From positions 3,232,001 to 3,296,000 of the forward strand of contig CAWCKH010000004.1 of NCBI GenBank assembly GCA_963796055.1: a stretch of DNA of 64,000 bases, in the 5' to 3' direction. Positions 49,165-60,637 of this stretch are shown here, in pieces. Each line of letters opens with the position of its first letter. Positions within the stretch are counted from its first letter, which is position 1. The DNA is from an uncultured delta proteobacterium (GTDB lineage Bacteria > Myxococcota > Myxococcia > Myxococcales > Myxococcaceae). The position numbers and the translations under genes are program-made. Under the pieces are notes generated by a model. That model saw only the letters and a program-made list of their open reading frames with translations, made no database searches and was not told the DNA's origin.

Positions 49165-49406
49165 GTCGCCGCGCGGGGCTCGTCCGTCGGGTGCGCGGGC
49201 AAGCCCACCGGCGGCGCGTGCTCGTGGAACCGATTCCGCAGCGCCTGAACGAGGCCCGCCGCCGGTTCGCATCGAGTCAGCGCTCATTGGAGCGCCTCTA
49301 CCAGCTCTATTCCGACCAAGCGCTGGCCGTCCTCGCCGACTTCTTCGCCCGAAATGCAGAGCGGCTGCGAATGGAGACCAAGAAGCTCGCCGATGACCAC
49401 CCGTAG
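49161..49406 (+). pseudogene. C-terminal remnant of a MarR-family regulator
   Basis: In-frame LSRRAGLVRRVRGQAHRRRVLVEP...LYSDQALAVLADFF resembles the MarR wing and dimerisation helices. There is no N-terminal HTH and no start upstream of the conserved segment. Confidence 0.55.
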
Positions 49407-49465
49407 GGTGCTCTCCGCCGCCCAGCCTGTCGGCGAGTCCGCAGGCTGCTATGAGGAGGGCCGAC

Positions 49466-50299
49466 ATGCTCGCGCTCCTGCTCCCTTACGTGGAGCTGCC
49501 GGATCTCCACCTCTTCGGTCTCACCATTCACCCCTTCGGCATCTTCGCCGCCATCGGCGTCTACGCCGGCGCGGTGCTCACCGTCCGTGCGGGGCGGGTG
49601 TACGGGCCGGGGGACACCAAGTCGCTGTCGGAGGTCTTCACCTGGGCCCTCCTCGGGGGGCTCCTCGGCGCGCACCTGCTCCACGTCCTCGGCTACCACC
49701 CCGAGCTGCTCCGCACGCAGGGACCACTGGTGCTGCTCAAGATCTGGGACGGGGTCTCCTCGATGGGCGGAGTCCTCGGCGGGATGGCGGGCATCGCCGC
49801 CTACTTCTGGCGGAAGGGGCTGCGGATCCGCCCCTACTGGGACGCCCTGGCCCTCGGCACCGCCCCGGGCTGGGCCATCGCCCGCATCGGCTGCGCGGTG
49901 GTGCACGACCACCCGGGGGTGCGGAGCAATGCCTGGTTCGCCGTGGCCTTCCCGGACGGGCCCCGGCTGGACATGGGGCTCGTGGACCTCGTGGTGCTCA
50001 CCGTCATCACCGTCGTGCTCTACCTCCTGGCGCGCCGGAAGCGTCCCGAGGGGGTGATCATGGGCGTGCTCGCCATCTCCTACTCGGTCCCGCGCTTCTT
50101 CCTCGACTTCCTCCGGGCCCAGGATCTGCCGTTCGTCGACGGGCGCATCCTGGGCCTCACCCCGGCGCAGTGGATCACCCCGGTGCTCGCCGCGGCCGGC
50201 GTTTACCTGCTCCTCACCGCTCGGCGGGCACGCCCCCAGTCTGCCGCCACCGAGCAGCCTGCCGTGAATTCCCCGATCGGCGAGAGCCGCGCAGGCTAG
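49466..50299 (+). CDS. lgt: Prolipoprotein diacylglyceryl transferase (Lgt)-family protein, divergent paralog
   Basis: GLLGAHL, KIWDGVSSMGG, ARIGC...HDHPG, RFFLDFLR, GLTPAQW. GAGGAGG SD before ATG 49466. Confidence 0.75.
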   Translation: MLALLLPYVELPDLHLFGLTIHPFGIFAAIGVYAGAVLTVRAGRVYGPGDTKSLSEVFTWALLGGLLGAHLLHVLGYHPELLRTQGPLVLLKIWDGVSSMGGVLGGMAGIAAYFWRKGLRIRPYWDALALGTAPGWAIARIGCAVVHDHPGVRSNAWFAVAFPDGPRLDMGLVDLVVLTVITVVLYLLARRKRPEGVIMGVLAISYSVPRFFLDFLRAQDLPFVDGRILGLTPAQWITPVLAAAGVYLLLTARRARPQSAATEQPAVNSPIGESRAG

Positions 50300-51197
50300 G
50301 GCGGAGCGCTCGGGACCTCAGCCGGCGCGGCGCCGCGTCCGCGGAGTGCGCTGACGATGAGCCGCGTCGCGGGGCTCTTGTTCAAGGTGTAGAAGTGGAT
50401 GCCCGGGACGCCGCGGGCGAGAAGCTCCATGCACTGCACCGTGGCGTGTGCGACGCCCAGCTGCACCACCGCGTCCGGGTCGTCCTTGTACCGCTCCAGC
50501 TGCAGCACCAGCCGCATCGGCACCGTCGCCCCGCACAGCCGGACGAAGCGCTCCAGCTGCTCGATGTTGGTGATGGGCATGATGCCCGGGACGATGGGCA
50601 CGTTGATGCCCACCCGGCGGGCCCGCTCCACGAAGTCGAAGTAGAAGGCGTTGTCGAAGAAGAGCTGGGTGATGACGAAGTCCAGCCCGGCGTCCACCTT
50701 CGCCTTGAGGTGCCGCAGATCGTCGTCCCGGAGCGGCGTCTCCACGTGCCCCTCCGGATAGCCCGCCCCGCCGATGCAGAGGTGGTGATCGCGCTCGCGG
50801 ATGAAACGCACCAGCTCGGCGGCGTAGCGGAAGCCGCCGGGTGCGGCGTGGAACTCGCGCTCGCCGACGGGCGGATCGCCCCGGAGCGCGAGGATGTTCT
50901 CCACCCCCATCTGTAGAAATTCCTCCACCAGCGCCCCCAGCTCCTCGCGGGAGTGGCCTACGCAGGTGAGGTGGGCCATCGTCTCGAGCCCGGTGGCGCG
51001 GATCTCCCGCACCAGCTCCACGGTGCGGTCCCGGGTGCTTCCCCCGGCGCCGTAGGTGACCGAGACGAAGCCCGGGTCCAGCGGGCGGAGGTCCTCCACC
51101 GTGCGGAGGAGCGCGCGCCGGCCCTCCTCGGTCCTGGGGGGAAGAATTCGAAGGAGAAGCAGGGGTCCGAGGGGTTGAGCCGGTTGCGGATCTTCAT
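50296..51197 (-). CDS. metF: 5,10-methylenetetrahydrofolate reductase; apparent -1 frameshift in the G run at 51136-51141
   Basis: FSFEFFPP, then FVSVTYGAGGSTR, AHLTCVG, LALRGDPP, AGYPEGH, ITQLFFD and HFYTLN. Adding one base to the 6-G run restores FFPPRTEEG. Confidence 0.93.
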
Positions 51198-51227
51198 CGC
51201 GCCTTGAAGGGACACTCTAGCTCAGCC

Positions 51228-51257
51228 TTGATCCCCCTCCGCGGTGTGGGGTAGTCC
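51228..51257 (+). promoter_or_regulatory. Putative sigma70-type promoter for gcvTHP
   Basis: TTGATC-N18-TAGTCC in the 80-bp gap between the divergent metF and gcvT. Confidence 0.3.
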
Positions 51258-51277
51258 GGGCCGCCCGAGCTCGACCC

Positions 51278-52354
51278 ATGCCCCGACAGACGCCACTCAA
51301 CCGGGTTCACCGCGCGCTCGGTGCGCGGATGGTCGACTTCGCCGGCTGGGACATGCCGGTCCAGTACACCGGGGTGGTGGCCGAGCACGAGGCGGTGCGC
51401 TCCCGGGCCGGCCTGTTCGACGTCTCCCACATGGGGGAGATCGAGTTCCGCGGCGAGGGGGCGCTGGAGAGCGCCAACGCGCTCATCACCAATGACCTGG
51501 GGAAGGCCACCGACGGGCAGGCGGTGTACGCCGGGCTGCTGAACCACCAGGGTGGCTTCGTCGACGACGTGGTGGCCTACCGCTTCTCGCCCGAGCACGT
51601 CCTGATCTGCGTGAACGCCAGCAACCGGGAGAAGGACTTCGCCTGGATGACCGAGAACACCCCCCGGGTGCAGCCGGTCAACCGGAGCGACGACTTCGCC
51701 CAGCTCGCCATCCAGGGGCCGAAGGCAGCGGGCATCGTGCAGACCTTGACCGACCTGCCGCTGCAGTCCATCGCCACCTACCGCTTCCGCGAGGGGACGG
51801 TGGCCGGGGTGCCGTGCATCGTCTCCCGCACCGGTTACACCGGCGAGGACGGCTTCGAGCTCTACTGCCCACCCGAGCGGGCCGAGCACCTCTGGAACGC
51901 GCTGCTCGAGGCGGGGCGGCCGGCGGGCCTGGTCCCCGCCGGGCTCGGGGCCCGGGACACCCTGCGCACCGAGATGAAGTACGCGCTCTACGGGAACGAC
52001 ATCGACGACGCCCACACCCCGCTCGAGGCAGCCCTGGGGTGGATCGTCAAGTGGGACAAGGGCGAGTTCGTGGGACGCGGGGCGATCGCCGAGCAGAAGG
52101 CGGCCGGCGTCCCGCGCAAGCTGGTCGGTTTCGAGATGCGCGAGCCCGGCATCCCTCGCCACGGCTACCCCATCCTCCAGGACGGTAAGCGGGTGGGGGA
52201 GGTGACCTCCGGAACCCAGGGTCCGACGGTGAAGAAGGCCATCGGCATCGGGTATGTGCCCCCACCCCTGGCCGCCGAGGGGACGCCGCTGGAGATCGAG
52301 ATCCGCGGCCGCCCGGTCCGCGCCGAGGTGGTGAAGACGCCGTTCAAGCGCTAG
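51278..52354 (+). CDS. gcvT: Glycine cleavage system aminomethyltransferase T
   Basis: FAGWDMPVQY, GLFDVSHMGE, SRTGYTGEDGFE, GLGARDTLRTE. Confidence 0.97.
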   Translation: MPRQTPLNRVHRALGARMVDFAGWDMPVQYTGVVAEHEAVRSRAGLFDVSHMGEIEFRGEGALESANALITNDLGKATDGQAVYAGLLNHQGGFVDDVVAYRFSPEHVLICVNASNREKDFAWMTENTPRVQPVNRSDDFAQLAIQGPKAAGIVQTLTDLPLQSIATYRFREGTVAGVPCIVSRTGYTGEDGFELYCPPERAEHLWNALLEAGRPAGLVPAGLGARDTLRTEMKYALYGNDIDDAHTPLEAALGWIVKWDKGEFVGRGAIAEQKAAGVPRKLVGFEMREPGIPRHGYPILQDGKRVGEVTSGTQGPTVKKAIGIGYVPPPLAAEGTPLEIEIRGRPVRAEVVKTPFKR

Positions 52355-52366
52355 GGAACGAGAGCA

Positions 52367-52759
52367 ATGGCCGACAATCCGAAGAACCTCCGCTACACCA
52401 AGGAGCACGAGTGGGCCCGGCGCGACGGCGGCGCGGTGGTGGTGGGGGTGACTGCCCATGCTCAGGAGGCGCTGGGGGACGTGGTGTATGTCGAGCTGCC
52501 GAAGGTGGGCGACACCGTGACCGCCGGGAAGCCGTTCGGGGTGGTCGAGTCCACCAAGGCGGTGAGCGAGCTGTTCGCTCCCATCTCCGGCAAGGTGACC
52601 CGGGTGAACACCGCGCTCTCCGACGAGCCGTCCACCATCAACTCGGACCCGTACGGGGCGGGGTGGATCGTCGAGGTCGAGCCGTCGGACCCGTCCCAGC
52701 TCGAGGGGCTGATGGACGCCGACGCCTACAACGACCTGCTGGCGAAGGCCGCGACCTGA
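52367..52759 (+). CDS. gcvH: Glycine cleavage system H protein
   Basis: YTKEHEW, LGDVVYVELP, VESTKAVSE (lipoyl-Lys), NSDPYGAGW. Confidence 0.97.
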   Translation: MADNPKNLRYTKEHEWARRDGGAVVVGVTAHAQEALGDVVYVELPKVGDTVTAGKPFGVVESTKAVSELFAPISGKVTRVNTALSDEPSTINSDPYGAGWIVEVEPSDPSQLEGLMDADAYNDLLAKAAT

Positions 52760-52761
52760 CA

Positions 52762-52917
52762 GCAGAAACGGGTCGAGGCCGCCTCACCCCGGTCCGAACG
52801 CCACCGGGCCTCCGACCCTGCCTTGTGGCCGCCTTGCGTCCCCGACTGCGGGCCTGGGGAGCAATCCGCCGTGAATCCCGGAGGCGGCCACCGTGACCGA
52901 GCCAGCGTGGTCCGGTC
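52762..52917. ncRNA. Candidate structured RNA / cis element between gcvH and gcvP
   Basis: Three consecutive paired modules, including a perfect 10-bp stem GTGGCCGCCT/AGGCGGCCAC (52825-52834/52882-52891). I did not recognise a family. Confidence 0.3.
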
Positions 52918-52993
52918 CTGTTAAACGGGCGTCTTCACAAATTGCCGTCGGAGGCGCTGGCTCGCCCGCCCTCCCGCCAGGAACCCCGCTTCG

Positions 52994-55867
<2,874 letters not shown>

Positions 55868-55876
55868 GGGCGGACG

Positions 55877-57112
55877 TCAGTTGTTCCGGAAGATGCGCAT
55901 CAGCGGCCGGCCACCGGTCTCGAGGTAGAAGCCGAAGGGGAAGGTGACCGTCCCATCCTTGCCCATCAGCCCCGGCGGCGGGTTGGGGAAGGGCTGGGCG
56001 CGGCGGAAGCTGACGATGGCCGCCTCGTCGAGGAAGTCGACGCCGCTCGAGCGCTGCACCTTGATGTCCTTCACCAGCCCGTCACCGCCCAGCGTGACGT
56101 CGAGGATGGTGTAGCGGTCGCGCCCGCCGTAGATCTCCCCGGTCGGGTCCCGCTGGCGGAGCGGCTCGTTGGGGTCCCAGTTGCGGCCCACCGCCTGCTT
56201 CACCCGGTTGAAGAACGTCGCGTACTTCCACTCCCGGGTGTTGAGGAACGTGCCCTCGCCCTGGTCGACGTCCTGGAGGTGATCATTGGGGGCGGCGCCG
56301 ATGATCTTGTCCAGGGCGGCGCTGCTCGGCATCAGCTGCGACAGGGTGGGAAGACCCGCCTTGCCGGCGCTGCCCTGGTCGCCCTCCTCGCCGGGCTTCC
56401 CGGGATCGACGCGCAACCGGTCGGAATTGCCCTGCAGCGGCGCGCTCTCCCCCTGGTTCCGGACGCTCGCCCCGGGGCCCTTGTTCGTCTGCTCCTTGAG
56501 AGCGATGCGGTCCCGCTGCTGGATGCTCGGGACGTCGAACACCGGCCGCTGGCCGCCGCCCTTCTGCGCCGGGCGCGCGTCCTGGCCGGTGCCGTTGTTG
56601 CCCTGGACCACCAGCTGTGCGGCCTCGTCCTTTCCGGTGGTCTTCCGCTCCTCGGTGGCGGTCTGCCGCGGCATGGCGTTCCGGTAGAAGGGCGTCTGGT
56701 CCCGGGCCTTGCTCTCCTTGTCCACCCGGTTGTTCTTCTCCGCCAGGTACTTCGCGTCCGGGGACTCCTGCTCGTTGCCCGGCGCCACGTCGACCACCTG
56801 GCCCCGGGGGTTCTTCTCCTCCTTGGGCTCGGGCTTCTTGGCCTCCGCGCGGCGCTGCGGCTCGGGACGCTCCTGCTCCCGGGGCTGGCCGCGGTTCTTC
56901 GCCCAGGCGCGGGGGTCGATGTTCCGCAGGGTCACCGCCTGCGGCTTGGGGCGCTGGCGGTCCCCGCCGGGCCACTTCACCGACACGAAGTTCATGACCA
57001 GCAGCAGCCCGAGGACGCCGGCATGGAACAGCAGCGCCAGCAGCGCCGCGAGGAGCGCGGTCGTCGCCGGACGGCGGCGACGTCGTCGGGGGCTGGCGCC
57101 AAGAGGGCTCAC
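55877..57112 (-). CDS. Energy transducer TonB / TolA C-terminal domain protein
   Basis: N-terminal TM with His (ALLFHAGVL), a long charged/Pro linker, and C-terminal FFNRVKQAV...SSGVDFLDEAAIVSFRRAQPFPNPP. Confidence 0.82.
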   Translation of the reverse strand: MSPLGASPRRRRRRPATTALLAALLALLFHAGVLGLLLVMNFVSVKWPGGDRQRPKPQAVTLRNIDPRAWAKNRGQPREQERPEPQRRAEAKKPEPKEEKNPRGQVVDVAPGNEQESPDAKYLAEKNNRVDKESKARDQTPFYRNAMPRQTATEERKTTGKDEAAQLVVQGNNGTGQDARPAQKGGGQRPVFDVPSIQQRDRIALKEQTNKGPGASVRNQGESAPLQGNSDRLRVDPGKPGEEGDQGSAGKAGLPTLSQLMPSSAALDKIIGAAPNDHLQDVDQGEGTFLNTREWKYATFFNRVKQAVGRNWDPNEPLRQRDPTGEIYGGRDRYTILDVTLGGDGLVKDIKVQRSSGVDFLDEAAIVSFRRAQPFPNPPPGLMGKDGTVTFPFGFYLETGGRPLMRIFRNN

Positions 57113-57271
57113 GTGACGGTCTTACATAACTGGAAGCCGCGGCCCCGACCTACTCGACGCCGGGGCTCCTGCGCCACCGACCGCCGCGGCCCTGACATAA
57201 CCCCGGAGAGGGAGGGCTGTTCCAGCCAGGTAGGCACCCATGCGCCCTTGGGCCAATGGCCGGGTCCATCC

Positions 57272-58996
57272 CTACTCGTAGATGCGCGCCACCTCGGCGC
57301 CGTTGAAATAATGCCGGAGGATGGCCCGGTAGTCCTGCCCGGCCTCCGCGCGGCCAATCGCCCCGGTCTGGCACAGGCCGACCCCGTGCCCCCAGCCCCC
57401 GCCGCGGAAGACGAAACCCACCGGGTTGCCCCGTGCGTCGTGCTCCTCGGTCACGGTGAAGAGCGCGCTGTTGAGCATCCCGAGCTGCCTGCGGATGGTC
57501 AGCTCCCCGCGAAGCTCGGTCGCCCCGCGGGTCCCGGAGACCAGCAGAAGCCGCACCCGTCCCGAGGCGCCGCGCTCGAGCGGCTGGAGATGCCGGACCG
57601 ACCCCACGCCCAGGGGCTCGATGAGCGCATCCAGCTGATGCGCGGTGAAGCGCTTCTCCCACCGGTACCGGGTGGGCTGGGCGAACCGGCCCCGGCGACA
57701 GGCAGCGGGCAGGTCGAAGGCGAGGAAACGCTCCGGCGAGCGGCGTGGATCGGGCATCCCCAGCACGGGCTCCAGCACGTCCGGCCGTCCCCGCAGGCTC
57801 GGATCGGGCACGCCGCCCCAGACCGCCTCGTTGTCCTCGGTGTGTCCACCACACACCGCGCTGTACACCGAGTCCACCAGCCGACCCTCGGTGGAGAAGA
57901 GCGCCAGGCCCCGCGTCGCCTCCACCGCCGCGTTGGTGGATGGCGTCTCGCCGGTGCGGCCCCGGTACACCGCGCAGTGCTGCTCGGAGCAGAGGAGGTA
58001 GGGGTCCGCCAGGTGGCGGGTGCCCACCTTGGCCAGCACCTCGCCGCGGGCGGTGACCGCCTGCGCCTTCAGAGCCTCGGCGGGGGCGGCGGCGAAGATC
58101 TCCGCCGGCACGAGCCCCCGGAGGAGGTCCTCGAGCGAGACCAGGTTGACCACCGCGATGGTGCCCGCGCCATCGGCGGCAAAGGTGAGAGCGCCGCGGT
58201 AGCTCCGGGTCTCGAATCCATGGTTCGGGTAGCCCACCGCGAACTCCACCGAGCGCACCTCGAAGCCCTCGCCGCCCGGCGTCTCGGCACGGATGGGCCC
58301 CTCGCTGGTGCCGAGCACCGTGCCGTCGGCCATGTCCAGCCGGAGCCGCATCTGCGCGGCCGTGCGCACCTCCTCGGCGAGCGTGGTGCGCGCGGCCCAG
58401 GTCCGCAGCAGCTCGGCCTGCCGCGCCGAGGCCTCCGAGGAAGGTAGCGCGGGGTCGAGGAGCACCAGCACCTTCCGGTTGTCGAGGATTTTCCCCACGA
58501 TGCCGTAGACCTGCCCCAGCTGCTCGAGCCGCACCTGGAACCCGCGGCCTTCCCAGACGGCGCGCTCGGCCGCGATGCCCTCCTTGTCGGCCCAGGCGAG
58601 CTCGGACGTCTGAAGCCGGAACCGCCGGTCCGCGGGGGTGCCGTCCAGCCAGCGGACGACCAGCGGCGTACCGGCCGGTGCCTCGACCAGCTTCTCCGGC
58701 TCGCCGGGAAGCACCAGCCGCACCCGACCGCCGGGGACGAACGCCACCTCCCGTCGGTTCTCCATCAGCCGCACCGGGACGGTGGGCTCGCCTGCCCGGA
58801 CGTCCAGCCGTCGGGACGACGGCGGGGGCGGAACGTCCAGCGGCGGCGGGCCTGCGTCGGGCGGTTCGGCGGCCGGGGCCACTGTCACCACCGGCGCCGG
58901 CGGGGCAGGTGGCGGGAGGCGCGACGCCGCGCAGGCCGCACAGGTGAGGGCGAGGAGCCACGGTGAAACGACACCTGTCCCGCGCAGCCGAGTCAC
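57272..58996 (-). CDS. SpoIID/LytB domain-containing lipoprotein (peptidoglycan lytic transglycosylase-like)
   Basis: VNLVSLEDLLRGLVPAE, EALKAQAVTAR, YSAVCGGHTE, GGGWGHGVGLCQTGA, ILRHYF, and a lipoprotein-like signal. Confidence 0.88.
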   Translation of the reverse strand: MTRLRGTGVVSPWLLALTCAACAASRLPPPAPPAPVVTVAPAAEPPDAGPPPLDVPPPPSSRRLDVRAGEPTVPVRLMENRREVAFVPGGRVRLVLPGEPEKLVEAPAGTPLVVRWLDGTPADRRFRLQTSELAWADKEGIAAERAVWEGRGFQVRLEQLGQVYGIVGKILDNRKVLVLLDPALPSSEASARQAELLRTWAARTTLAEEVRTAAQMRLRLDMADGTVLGTSEGPIRAETPGGEGFEVRSVEFAVGYPNHGFETRSYRGALTFAADGAGTIAVVNLVSLEDLLRGLVPAEIFAAAPAEALKAQAVTARGEVLAKVGTRHLADPYLLCSEQHCAVYRGRTGETPSTNAAVEATRGLALFSTEGRLVDSVYSAVCGGHTEDNEAVWGGVPDPSLRGRPDVLEPVLGMPDPRRSPERFLAFDLPAACRRGRFAQPTRYRWEKRFTAHQLDALIEPLGVGSVRHLQPLERGASGRVRLLLVSGTRGATELRGELTIRRQLGMLNSALFTVTEEHDARGNPVGFVFRGGGWGHGVGLCQTGAIGRAEAGQDYRAILRHYFNGAEVARIYE

Positions 58997-59006
58997 GTCA
59001 GGGAAG

Positions 59007-59078
59007 AGGCGCCACCCGGATTCGAACCGGGGAATGAGGGTTTTGCAGACCCTTGCCTTACCACTTGGCGATGGCGCC
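59007..59078 (-). tRNA. tRNA-Cys (GCA)
   Basis: The reverse complement GGCGCCATCGCCAAGTGGTAAGGCAAGGGTCTGCAAAACCCTCATTCCCCGGTTCGAATCCGGGTGGCGCCT forms a cloverleaf with anticodon GCA and discriminator U. CCA is not encoded. Confidence 0.96.
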
Positions 59079-59093
59079 CGAAGCGACCGCGGG

Positions 59094-59123
59094 TTTGTAG
59101 GGCACGGCCGCTGTACCGGTCAA
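59094..59123 (-). promoter_or_regulatory. Putative sigma70-type promoter for tRNA-Cys
   Basis: Minus strand TTGACC-N18-TACAAA followed by a GC-rich discriminator, ending 15 bp before the tRNA. Confidence 0.5.
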
Positions 59124-59143
59124 GGAATGGCAGAATAACTCCC

Positions 59144-60214
59144 ATGGCCAAGCTCCGCGCCTTCCTGGTGGGCGCCACCGGCATCGCCGGTCAGCAGTTC
59201 GTCTCCGCACTCCGCGACCATCCGTGGTTCGAGATCGGCGCCATCGCCGCGTCCCCGCGCAACGCTGGACGACGCTACGACGAGGCCGTGGCAGGGGCGT
59301 GGTTCCTCTCCGAGCCCATCCCTCCGGAGATCGCCGCCCTCCGTCTCCTGGATCCCGGCGCGACGCCGCGCGGGGTGGACCTGGTCTTCTCCGCCGTGGA
59401 GTCCGACGTGGCGAAGGAGCTCGAGCCGCGACTCGCCGCCGAGCTTCCGGTCATCAGCGCCGCCAGCACCTTCCGGATGGAGCCGGACGTGCCGCTGCTC
59501 ATCCCTCCGGTGAATGCGGCGCATGTGGGACTCCTCGCCGCCCAGCGCGCCCGGGGCTGGCGCGGCTCGGTCGCTCCCATTCCCAACTGCACCGCCACCG
59601 GGCTGGCGGTGGTGCTGGCCCCGCTCGCCGAGCGCTTCGGCATCCGCTCGGTGGTGATGACCTCGCTCCAGGCCGTGTCGGGCGCGGGGCGCTCTCCCGG
59701 CGTGGCCGCCCTGGACATCCTGGACAACGTCGTCCCCTACATCGCCAAGGAGGAGGGCAAGGTCGAGGCGGAGACGCGGAAGATCCTCGGCCGCTGGGCT
59801 CCGGGCGCCTCGAGCGTCGAGGCGCTCTCCCTCAAGATGAGCGCCACCTGCACCCGGGTCGCGGTTCAGGACGGACACACCGAGGTGGTCTCGGTGGGCC
59901 TCGGCCGGCCGGCGAGCCTCGACGAGGTCAAGGACGCGCTCCGGAGCTGGGAGGGTAGCCCCGAGGCTCGCGACCTGCCCTCGTCGGCTCCCCGGTGGAT
60001 CGAGGTGCTCGAGGCCCAGGACCGCCCCCAGCCCCGGCTCGACCGGGACACGCACGGAGGGATGGCCACCAGCGTGGGCCGCCTCCGGGAGGACTCCGTC
60101 CTCGAGCACGGGGTGAAGCTGGTGCTGGTCTCGCACAACACCAAGATGGGCGCCGCCAAGGGCGCAGTGCTGGTCGCCGAGCTGATGCGCGCCAGAGGGT
60201 TCCTCGGCAAGTAG
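59144..60214 (+). CDS. asd: Aspartate-semialdehyde dehydrogenase (archaeal/fungal-like type)
   Basis: VGATGIAGQQF, HPWFEI, PNCTATGL (catalytic Cys), QAVSGAG, EEGKV, HNTKMGAAKG. Confidence 0.88.
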   Translation: MAKLRAFLVGATGIAGQQFVSALRDHPWFEIGAIAASPRNAGRRYDEAVAGAWFLSEPIPPEIAALRLLDPGATPRGVDLVFSAVESDVAKELEPRLAAELPVISAASTFRMEPDVPLLIPPVNAAHVGLLAAQRARGWRGSVAPIPNCTATGLAVVLAPLAERFGIRSVVMTSLQAVSGAGRSPGVAALDILDNVVPYIAKEEGKVEAETRKILGRWAPGASSVEALSLKMSATCTRVAVQDGHTEVVSVGLGRPASLDEVKDALRSWEGSPEARDLPSSAPRWIEVLEAQDRPQPRLDRDTHGGMATSVGRLREDSVLEHGVKLVLVSHNTKMGAAKGAVLVAELMRARGFLGK

Positions 60215-60313
60215 GCCTCTTTCCATGCTTGCCCCGGAGGAGCGGATGCGCTCAGTTGGTGCCCGCGCGCTCCCGACCCGGATCGAGCGCCTCACAAGCG
60301 GAGATTCGCCGCC

Positions 60314-60637
60314 ATGGCTTACGTCGTCGCCGACCCTTGCGTGAAGTGCAAGTACACCGACTGCGTGGAGGTCTGCCCCGTCAACTGCTTCTACGAGGGG
60401 GAGAACATACTGGTCATCCACCCGGACGAGTGCATCGACTGTGGCGCCTGCGAGCCGGTGTGTCCGACCAAGGCGATCTTCCCCGAGTCGGACCTCCCGG
60501 AGAAGTGGGCGGAGTACAAGGAGATCAACGCCACGTCCTCGAAGACCTTGCCCAACATCTCGCAGAAGAAGGATCCCCTGCCCGAGGCCGAGGAGTTCAA
60601 GGACAAGGAGAACAAGCGTCCGTTGCTGAAGCTGTGA
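60314..60637 (+). CDS. fdxA: 7Fe ([3Fe-4S][4Fe-4S]) ferredoxin, FdxA type
   Basis: [21 protein letters not shown]...[17 protein letters not shown]. Confidence 0.93.
   Translation: MAYVVADPCVKCKYTDCVEVCPVNCFYEGENILVIHPDECIDCGACEPVCPTKAIFPESDLPEKWAEYKEINATSSKTLPNISQKKDPLPEAEEFKDKENKRPLLKL

Noticed and set aside
51198..51277. Glycine riboswitch upstream of gcvT
   Set aside because: Only 80 bp are available, shared with metF, and there is no GGAGA...CCGAAG...CTCAGG signature.
57122..57201. ACATAAC repeated twice upstream of the TonB-domain gene
   Set aside because: It is only 7 bp in two copies. It may be promoter-related but cannot be supported from this sequence alone.
59007..59078. tRNA-Cys as a genomic island insertion site
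   Set aside because: It is flanked by ordinary genes. I noticed no adjacent integrase and no duplicated tRNA 3' end in the window.
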